Of a DNA stretch of 64,000 nt, positions 56,320-64,000 are shown piece by piece. The translations under genes and the position numbers were made by a program. The DNA lies in assembly GCA_000146045.2 (NCBI GenBank), contig BK006938.2, forward strand, positions 1,152,001 to 1,216,000, in the 5' to 3' direction. The stretch comes from TPA_inf: Saccharomyces. Its lineage: Eukaryota. The notes below the pieces were generated by a model. The model had not been told where the DNA came from and made no database searches. It saw only the letters and a program-made list of their open reading frames with translations. The first letter of the stretch is position 1; the number at the start of each line of letters is the position of its first letter.

Positions 56320-59300
56320 ATCTACGGTAAATCACACTAATCATTCTGATGATGAACTCCCTGGACACCTCCTTCTCGATTCAGGAGCATCACGAACCCT
56401 TATAAGATCTGCTCATCACATACACTCAGCATCATCTAATCCTGACATAAACGTAGTTGATGCTCAAAAAAGAAATATACCAATTAACGCTATTGGTGAC
56501 CTACAATTTCACTTCCAGGACAACACCAAAACATCAATAAAGGTATTGCACACTCCTAACATAGCCTATGACTTACTCAGTTTGAATGAATTGGCTGCAG
56601 TAGATATCACAGCATGCTTTACCAAAAACGTCTTAGAACGATCTGACGGCACTGTACTTGCACCTATCGTACAATATGGAGACTTTTACTGGGTATCTAA
56701 AAGGTACTTGCTTCCATCAAATATCTCCGTACCCACCATCAATAATGTCCATACAAGTGAAAGTACACGCAAATATCCTTATCCTTTCATTCATCGAATG
56801 CTTGCGCATGCCAATGCACAGACAATTCGATACTCACTTAAAAATAACACCATCACGTATTTTAACGAATCAGATGTCGACTGGTCTAGTGCTATTGACT
56901 ATCAATGTCCTGATTGTTTAATCGGCAAAAGCACCAAACACAGACATATCAAAGGTTCACGACTAAAATACCAAAATTCATACGAACCCTTTCAATACCT
57001 ACATACTGACATATTTGGTCCAGTTCACAACCTACCAAATAGTGCACCATCCTATTTCATCTCATTTACTGATGAGACAACAAAATTCCGTTGGGTTTAT
57101 CCATTACACGACCGTCGCGAGGACTCTATCCTCGATGTTTTTACTACGATACTAGCTTTTATTAAGAACCAGTTTCAGGCCAGTGTCTTGGTTATACAAA
57201 TGGACCGTGGTTCTGAGTATACTAACAGAACTCTCCATAAATTCCTTGAAAAAAATGGTATAACTCCATGCTATACAACCACAGCGGATTCCCGAGCACA
57301 TGGAGTCGCTGAACGGCTAAACCGTACCTTATTAGATGACTGCCGTACTCAACTGCAATGTAGTGGTTTACCGAACTATTTATGGTTCTCTGCAATCGAA
57401 TTTTCTACTATTGTGAGAAATTCACTAGCTTCACCTAAAAGCAAAAAATCTGCAAGACAACATGCTGGCTTGGCAGGACTTGATATCAGTACTTTGTTAC
57501 CTTTCGGTCAACCTGTTATCGTCAATGATCACAACCCTAACTCCAAAATACATCCTCGTGGCATCCCAGGCTACGCTCTACATCCGTCTCGAAACTCTTA
57601 TGGATATATCATCTATCTTCCATCCTTAAAGAAGACAGTAGATACAACTAACTATGTTATTCTTCAGGGCAAGGAATCCAGATTAGATCAATTCAATTAC
57701 GACGCACTCACTTTCGATGAAGACTTAAACCGTTTAACTGCTTCATATCATTCGTTCATTGCGTCAAATGAGATCCAAGAATCCAATGATCTTAACATAG
57801 AATCTGACCATGACTTCCAATCCGACATTGAACTACATCCTGAGCAACCGAGAAATGTCCTTTCAAAAGCTGTGAGTCCAACCGATTCCACACCTCCGTC
57901 AACTCATACTGAAGATTCGAAACGTGTTTCTAAAACCAATATTCGCGCACCCAGAGAAGTTGACCCCAACATATCTGAATCTAATATTCTTCCATCAAAG
58001 AAGAGATCTAGCACCCCCCAAATTTCCAATATCGAGAGTACCGGTTCGGGTGGTATGCATAAATTAAATGTTCCTTTACTTGCTCCCATGTCCCAATCTA
58101 ACACACATGAGTCGTCGCACGCCAGTAAATCTAAAGATTTCAGACACTCAGACTCGTACAGTGAAAATGAGACTAATCATACAAACGTACCAATATCCAG
58201 TACGGGTGGTACCAACAACAAAACTGTTCCGCAGATAAGTGACCAAGAGACTGAGAAAAGGATTATACACCGTTCACCTTCAATCGATGCTTCTCCACCG
58301 GAAAATAATTCATCGCACAATATTGTTCCTATCAAAACGCCAACTACTGTTTCTGAACAGAATACCGAGGAATCTATCATCGCTGATCTCCCACTCCCTG
58401 ATCTACCTCCAGAATCTCCTACCGAATTCCCTGACCCATTTAAAGAACTCCCACCGATAAATTCTCGTCAAACTAATTCCAGTTTGGGTGGTATTGGTGA
58501 CTCTAATGCCTATACTACTATCAACAGTAAGAAAAGATCATTAGAAGATAATGAAACTGAAATTAAGGTATCACGAGACACATGGAATACTAAGAATATG
58601 CGTAGTTTAGAACCTCCGAGATCGAAGAAACGAATTCACCTGATTGCAGCTGTAAAAGCAGTAAAATCAATCAAACCAATACGGACAACCTTACGATACG
58701 ATGAGGCAATCACCTATAATAAAGATATTAAAGAAAAAGAAAAATATATCGAGGCATACCACAAAGAAGTCAATCAACTGTTGAAGATGAAAACTTGGGA
58801 CACTGACGAATATTATGACAGAAAAGAAATAGACCCTAAAAGAGTAATAAACTCAATGTTTATCTTCAACAAGAAACGTGACGGTACTCATAAAGCTAGA
58901 TTTGTTGCAAGAGGTGATATTCAGCATCCTGACACTTACGACTCAGGCATGCAATCCAATACCGTACATCACTATGCATTAATGACATCCCTGTCACTTG
59001 CATTAGACAATAACTACTATATTACACAATTAGACATATCTTCGGCATATTTGTATGCAGACATCAAAGAAGAATTATACATAAGACCTCCACCACATTT
59101 AGGAATGAATGATAAGTTGATACGTTTGAAGAAATCACTTTATGGATTGAAACAAAGTGGAGCGAACTGGTACGAAACTATCAAATCATACCTGATACAA
59201 CAATGTGGTATGGAAGAAGTTCGTGGATGGTCATGCGTATTTAAAAACAGTCAAGTGACAATTTGTTTATTCGTAGATGATATGGTATTGTTTAGCAAAA

Positions 59301-60265
59301 ATCTAAATTCAAACAAAAGAATTATAGAGAAGCTTAAGATGCAATACGACACCAAGATTATAAATCTAGGCGAAAGTGATGAGGAAATTCAATATGACAT
59401 ACTTGGCTTAGAAATCAAATATCAAAGAGGTAAATACATGAAATTAGGTATGGAAAACTCATTAACTGAGAAAATACCCAAATTAAACGTACCTTTGAAT
59501 CCAAAAGGAAGAAAACTTAGCGCTCCAGGTCAACCAGGTCTTTATATAGACCAGGATGAACTAGAAATAGATGAAGATGAATACAAAGAGAAGGTACATG
59601 AAATGCAAAAGTTGATTGGTCTAGCTTCATATGTTGGATATAAATTTAGATTTGACTTACTATACTACATCAACACACTTGCTCAACATATACTATTCCC
59701 CTCTAGGCAAGTTTTAGACATGACATATGAGTTAATACAATTCATGTGGGACACTAGAGATAAACAATTAATATGGCACAAAAACAAACCTACCAAGCCA
59801 GATAATAAACTAGTCGCAATAAGCGATGCTTCATATGGTAACCAACCATATTACAAGTCACAAATTGGTAACATTTTCCTACTCAACGGAAAAGTGATTG
59901 GAGGAAAGTCGACAAAGGCTTCGTTAACATGCACTTCAACTACAGAAGCAGAAATACACGCAGTCAGTGAAGCTATACCGCTATTGAATAACCTCAGTCA
60001 CCTTGTGCAAGAACTTAACAAGAAACCAATTATTAAAGGCTTACTTACTGATAGTAGATCAACGATCAGTATAATTAAGTCTACAAATGAAGAGAAATTT
60101 AGAAACAGATTTTTTGGCACAAAGGCAATGAGACTTAGAGATGAAGTATCAGGTAATAATTTATACGTATACTACATCGAGACCAAGAAGAACATTGCTG
60201 ATGTGATGACAAAACCTCTTCCGATAAAAACATTTAAACTATTAACTAACAAATGGATTCATTAG
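56305..60265 (+). CDS. TYB: Ty1 TYB (Pol: protease, integrase, reverse transcriptase, RNase H), expressed as a TYA-TYB fusion by +1 frameshift. The +1-frame segment after the slip site is given here.
   Basis: Continuous +1 frame from the slip site to the stop at 60265 (ORF-track ORF 56546..60265 is its Met-initiated subset). Motifs: LLDSGASRT (protease), H-x3-H...C-x2-C with DDE (integrase), LFVDDMVLF (RT). Confidence 0.9.
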
Positions 60266-60287
60266 ATCTATTACATTATGGGTGGTA

Positions 60288-60621
60288 TGTTGGAATAGAA
60301 ATCAACTATCATCTACTAACTAGTATTTACATTACTAGTATATTATCATATACGGTGTTAGAAGATGACGCAAATGATGAGAAATAGTCATCTAAATTAG
60401 TGGAAGCTGAAACGCAAGGATTGATAATGTAATAGGATCAATGAATATAAACATATAAAATGATGATAATAATATTTATAGAATTGTGTAGAATTGCAGA
60501 TTCCCTTTTATGGATTCCTAAATCCTTGAGGAGAACTTCTAGTATATTCTGTATACCTAATATTATAGCCTTTATCAACAATGGAATCCCAACAATTATC
60601 TCAACATTCACATATTTCTCA
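60288..60621 (+). repeat. Ty1 3' LTR (delta), 334 bp.
   Basis: Identical to the 5' LTR except CC to AT at LTR positions 324-325 (60611-60612 versus 55027-55028). Confidence 0.95.
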
Positions 60622-60836
60622 AAGCATATATGTAGTATATATACATATACATATATATATTTATATAGGTTTGGGAACCTATGTTTTTTATTGTACCAAA
60701 CGCATCCCTCTTCAATAATCTTCGAAAAAAAAGTGCACAACAAGCGGGAAAATCTGTGTAAAGCTGTATAAGTGATCTGTACAAAAACTACGAAGAAAAG
60801 AAATAATACCAGGGAGGAACTACCAATTGTAACCAT
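60438..60836 (-). CDS. Chimeric small ORF (132 aa) spanning the Ty1 3' LTR/flank junction; probably not a conserved protein gene.
   Basis: 184 bp of the ORF lie inside the LTR and 215 bp lie in AT-rich flank. It corresponds by position to annotated YDR366C as I recall. Its existence depends on the Ty insertion. Confidence 0.2.
   Translation of the reverse strand: MVTIGSSSLVLFLFFVVFVQITYTALHRFSRLLCTFFSKIIEEGCVWYNKKHRFPNLYKYIYVYVYILHICFEKYVNVEIIVGIPLLIKAIILGIQNILEVLLKDLGIHKRESAILHNSINIIIIILYVYIH
60622..60626. repeat. Ty1 target-site duplication AAGCA, right copy.
   Basis: Matches 54699-54703. Confidence 0.85.
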
Positions 60837-60847
60837 TAACCTTAGTT

Positions 60848-61614
60848 ATGAGATCATCTCTTCTAACCCTTCCAAAAGTATGTTTCCGGCAAACGCTATA
60901 AATTTTTGTTAACTTGTAAGGATTCGAAGCAAAGCACAATTTTACTAACCTGTTCTCAAACATATTTTTTTTTCATAGTCTTTTTTGGGGTTTATGCCGC
61001 TATACCTTGCAGTTGAGATTGTCTTAGGTATTTCCATTCTAAACAAATGCAGTGGTGCTTATGGTATTTTAGCATTGTTCACGGGTCATCCGTTGGATTT
61101 TATGCAATGGATAGCATATCTTTGGTCGGTATTTACATTAATCGTATTCTCACAAGGGCTGTATTTGATTCATAAGCCAAACTTGCTGGTATTTTCGCAA
61201 ATCTGCGTACTTTATACAATCGATACCATTTCCACTTGTTTTTTTACTCTATGGTTTACCACGCAATGGTTCACCTTGGAAGACACTGCTAATATTGATG
61301 GAAATAATGCACTACAAAGTAACCCAATATCGACAGGTAAGCTGACAGAACGTGGTATTGATATAAGTAAACAAAGTGCAACTGAAAGCTACGAATATAC
61401 CATGACTATTTTAATTACGTTGGTGTCATTGATATTCAGGTTCTACTTTAACTTCATTTTGGCATCTTTTGTTCAAGAATTGTTACACCACCCCAAATAT
61501 TTAGTTGATAGGGATGACGTAGAACAAAACTTGAAAAACAAGCCTATTTGGAAAAGACTGTGGGCTAAGAGCCAAAAAGGTTGTTATAAGCTATGTAAGA
61601 ATTTGTTAGAGTAA
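60848..61614 (+). CDS. KEI1: Kex2-cleavable Golgi protein, a component of inositol phosphorylceramide synthase, 221 aa. It is spliced as exon 1 (60848..60877) plus exon 2 (60979..61614).
   Basis: Exon 1 ATGAGATCATCTCTTCTAACCCTTCCAAAA (MRSSLLTLPK) ends at the GTATGT donor. Branch point TACTAAC is at 60943-60949 and the acceptor CATAG is at 60974-60978. Exon 2 continues in frame (SFLGFMPLYLAVEIVLG...) into the ORF-track ORF 60985..61614, which itself begins at a TTG. Exon 1 (10) plus exon 2 (211) codons total 221 aa. Confidence 0.8.
60878..60978 (+). other. Spliceosomal intron of KEI1, 101 nt.
   Basis: Donor GTATGT, branch point TACTAAC 29 nt upstream of the acceptor, poly-T tract and acceptor AG. 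Confidence 0.8.
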
Positions 61615-61903
61615 ATAGTAAAATAAAGCCCTAGCGTTATAGCGTTTTACACTGATGAAGAAATGTTTCTATTCTGACATCATAAAATCATTCTCACTGA
61701 TGCTATTGTCACTTTTCATCACGTGTGTATTTAAGTAGCTCTTACGTAATTTTGAAAAAAAAGGAAAAAGGAAACTATATAGCACGCAATTCCCTATTTG
61801 GTTGCAATTCAATTCCGTGAAACCCTTTTCTTTTCTAAAGTGATAATAAAGTAACTTTGCAATATAATCAGGTCGCAAATATACCCACAGATAATAATCT
61901 ACC

Positions 61904-62842
61904 ATGCCTGCTACGTTAAAGAATTCTTCTGCTACATTAAAACTAAATACTGGTGCCTCCATTCCAGTGTTGGGTTTCGGCACTTGGCGTTCCGTTGACA
62001 ATAACGGTTACCATTCTGTAATTGCAGCTTTGAAAGCTGGATACAGACACATTGATGCTGCGGCTATCTATTTGAATGAAGAAGAAGTTGGCAGGGCTAT
62101 TAAAGATTCCGGAGTCCCTCGTGAGGAAATTTTTATTACTACTAAGCTTTGGGGTACGGAACAACGTGATCCGGAAGCTGCTCTAAACAAGTCTTTGAAA
62201 AGACTAGGCTTGGATTATGTTGACCTATATCTGATGCATTGGCCAGTGCCTTTGAAAACCGACAGAGTTACTGATGGTAACGTTCTGTGCATTCCAACAT
62301 TAGAAGATGGCACTGTTGACATCGATACTAAGGAATGGAATTTTATCAAGACGTGGGAGTTGATGCAAGAGTTGCCAAAGACGGGCAAAACTAAAGCCGT
62401 TGGTGTCTCTAATTTTTCTATTAACAACATTAAAGAATTATTAGAATCTCCAAATAACAAGGTGGTACCAGCTACTAATCAAATTGAAATTCATCCATTG
62501 CTACCACAAGACGAATTGATTGCCTTTTGTAAGGAAAAGGGTATTGTTGTTGAAGCCTACTCACCATTTGGGAGTGCTAATGCTCCTTTACTAAAAGAGC
62601 AAGCAATTATTGATATGGCTAAAAAGCACGGCGTTGAGCCAGCACAGCTTATTATCAGTTGGAGTATTCAAAGAGGCTACGTTGTTCTGGCCAAATCGGT
62701 TAATCCTGAAAGAATTGTATCCAATTTTAAGATTTTCACTCTGCCTGAGGATGATTTCAAGACTATTAGTAACCTATCCAAAGTGCATGGTACAAAGAGA
62801 GTCGTTGATATGAAGTGGGGATCCTTCCCAATTTTCCAATGA
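61904..62842 (+). CDS. YPR1: NADPH-dependent aldo-keto reductase, 312 aa.
   Basis: AKR family signature (GYRHIDAAAIY, LGLDYVDLYLMHWP, IEIHPLLPQ). Highly similar to GCY1-type reductases. Confidence 0.85.
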   Translation: MPATLKNSSATLKLNTGASIPVLGFGTWRSVDNNGYHSVIAALKAGYRHIDAAAIYLNEEEVGRAIKDSGVPREEIFITTKLWGTEQRDPEAALNKSLKRLGLDYVDLYLMHWPVPLKTDRVTDGNVLCIPTLEDGTVDIDTKEWNFIKTWELMQELPKTGKTKAVGVSNFSINNIKELLESPNNKVVPATNQIEIHPLLPQDELIAFCKEKGIVVEAYSPFGSANAPLLKEQAIIDMAKKHGVEPAQLIISWSIQRGYVVLAKSVNPERIVSNFKIFTLPEDDFKTISNLSKVHGTKRVVDMKWGSFPIFQ

Positions 62843-63015
62843 GCGCGCTACATTACAGTTAATGCCTCCAGCAACCTGTAGTGCTTCTTTAAACCGATCC
62901 GATACAGCTGAAACAAACATTGATTTTACTAATTTTCATATAATATATACACATATATCGAATGATAATGCAAAATATAATTTAATGAAATTGGAAATAC
63001 TCGGAAAATTTATCA

Positions 63016-64000
63016 TTATCCTTTTCTTCTTTTGAACGTAAACTTCGGACCGTCGTCATCGTCGTCGTCGCCATCACCGTTATTAGAAGCCCCAAAAGAG
63101 CCACGTGATCTACTAGTTGCGCTTCTACTGTGTCTACTTTGCTTGGAACATTCTTCTGACAAGTTTGGCCGTAAGTTCATTTCCTTCACCACAAAAAGAT
63201 TACGATTATTTTCTCTGTGATTTAGTCTATCGCTTTTATCATCAATATCACCCAGATCATCTTCATCAGTAATAAAAATTTTGTTTTTTAGTGGTTGAAC
63301 GCTGGCTGCAGTACCTGAACAACGAGAAAAAGAAAACGAATCTTCTTCTCCTTCATTTGAACTATCCTCATTCGTGAATCTGTTTAGAGCTTGAGATCTT
63401 TTCTGGATAGTGTTTGAGTTTATATTATCGGACATAAATGTATTCGATCCAAATCTTTCCATCTCCGTCAAAGCAAACATATCTTCGTTTTCTTCTGTGC
63501 CCCATTTTGTAGTTGTATCCTTTTTGGAGTATTTTTTTAACGGAACATAATTTCTAGTGATTAAAAAGGCTGCATTTCGTATAAAATCTGAGCTTTGAGT
63601 GTTATTTTTACCCTCTTCTTTGTGCGCCTTTGATTTTGGACGTACCTTGACAAAAGTCTTGAAATTCTTGCGTTTATGCCATTCTGGCTCCATTAGGCTA
63701 TTTTCCCATTTTTCAGTTGTTCTGCTTGTTTTGTTTCCCTCACTATCAAATGATTTCCTCAGTAAATTGTTACTAGGTTCTACAATAGCCAAATTTTTTA
63801 GCTGATTAATAGCTTCCTCGCTCAACTCCTCATCCTTCAATTCAACAATGGTTGACTTAACTCTTTTGACCTCTCTATTTTTAGTTTCTTGAATAGCTTC
63901 AACAAATGCGTGCGGCGTACCAGATTTCTCTTTAATAGATAACTCTTTTACAGGTGACTTACAATTTTCTTGTAATGGAGATGAAATTTCTCGTGAATAA
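63016..64000 (-). CDS. XRS2: C-terminal portion of an MRX-complex subunit (Xrs2). The ORF runs off the window end; the stop is at 63016.
   Basis: The minus-strand frame is open from 63016 to beyond 64000. ORF-track 63016..63840 is just its last Met-initiated segment. It has a poly-Asp tail (DGDDDDDDGPKFTFKRRKG) and a basic C-terminus. Assigned by position after YPR1. Confidence 0.65.
   Translation of the reverse strand, partial: YSREISSPLQENCKSPVKELSIKEKSGTPHAFVEAIQETKNREVKRVKSTIVELKDEELSEEAINQLKNLAIVEPSNNLLRKSFDSEGNKTSRTTEKWENSLMEPEWHKRKNFKTFVKVRPKSKAHKEEGKNNTQSSDFIRNAAFLITRNYVPLKKYSKKDTTTKWGTEENEDMFALTEMERFGSNTFMSDNINSNTIQKRSQALNRFTNEDSSNEGEEDSFSFSRCSGTAASVQPLKNKIFITDEDDLGDIDDKSDRLNHRENNRNLFVVKEMNLRPNLSEECSKQSRHSRSATSRSRGSFGASNNGDGDDDDDDGPKFTFKRRKG

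Larger units (their letters stand above)
54704..60621 (+). mobile_element. Full-length Ty1 LTR retrotransposon (5918 bp) with intact TYA and TYB.
   Basis: 334 bp LTRs at both ends that are 332/334 identical. PBS TGGTAGCGCC at 55038-55047, complementary to the initiator tRNA-Met 3' end. PPT GGGTGGTA at 60280-60287. Gag ORF and a Pol ORF in the +1 frame. Copia-type order PR (DSGAS) - IN (HHCC zinc finger, D,D,E) - RT (FVDD) - RNase H. 5 bp TSD. Confidence 0.97.

Noticed and set aside
56658-58460. Small ORFs inside the Ty1 element (56658-56921, 57904-58104, 58177-58380, 58239-58460)
   Set aside because: They are nested within or antisense to the continuous TYB polyprotein frame.
60985-61614. 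ORF-track start of KEI1 at 60985
   Set aside because: The codon at 60985 is TTG, not ATG. The real N-terminus is supplied by a spliced 10-codon upstream exon (see features), so the ORF-track start is an artefact.

Overview
This 64 kb window is budding-yeast nuclear DNA: AT-rich intergenic regions, one spliceosomal intron with GTATGT...TACTAAC...AG signals, Ty LTRs and Pol III tRNA genes. From my own recollection of the proteins (no database search was run), gene order, lengths and sequences are collinear with the Saccharomyces cerevisiae chromosome IV right arm, roughly YDR341C through YDR369C. The order is: arginyl-tRNA synthetase (5' part), HXT7, HXT6, HXT3, SVF1, MRP1, PAL1, YPS7, tRNA-Met with an LTR cluster, ATP22, SBE2, YPQ2, TRR1, TRP4, SPC110, CNL1, GGA1, EAF1, BCP1, TFC6, ESC2, tRNA-Lys with an LTR, SEM1, CDC40, ESF1, a full-length Ty1 element, KEI1 (intron-containing), YPR1 and the 3' part of XRS2. 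The window is dense with ordinary housekeeping genes. I see no evidence of a novel or undescribed system. The most noteworthy structures are listed below. (1) A near-perfect 1.88 kb tandem duplication carries HXT7 and HXT6 with a 5392 bp period; HXT3 nearby shares long near-identical tracts. (2) A GGGGCCC(C)-AATGT motif recurs in all three HXT promoters, and the HXT3 promoter holds a dense cluster of CGGANNA (Rgt1-type) sites. (3) Two Pol III loci carry LTR debris: a sigma fragment interrupted by a delta upstream of tRNA-Met, and a delta upstream of tRNA-Lys. (4) A young full-length Ty1 has a 5 bp AAGCA target-site duplication, a PBS, a PPT and the CTTAGGC +1 frameshift site. It sits in the ESF1/KEI1 divergent promoter and creates a chimeric small ORF. 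(5) A B-box-like site (ETC6-type) lies in the TFC6 promoter. (6) Classic Gcn4 and Yap1 elements lie upstream of TRP4 and TRR1. All coordinates are window-relative. Several ORF-track entries begin at an upstream in-frame ATG (or a non-ATG codon) relative to the start I consider correct.
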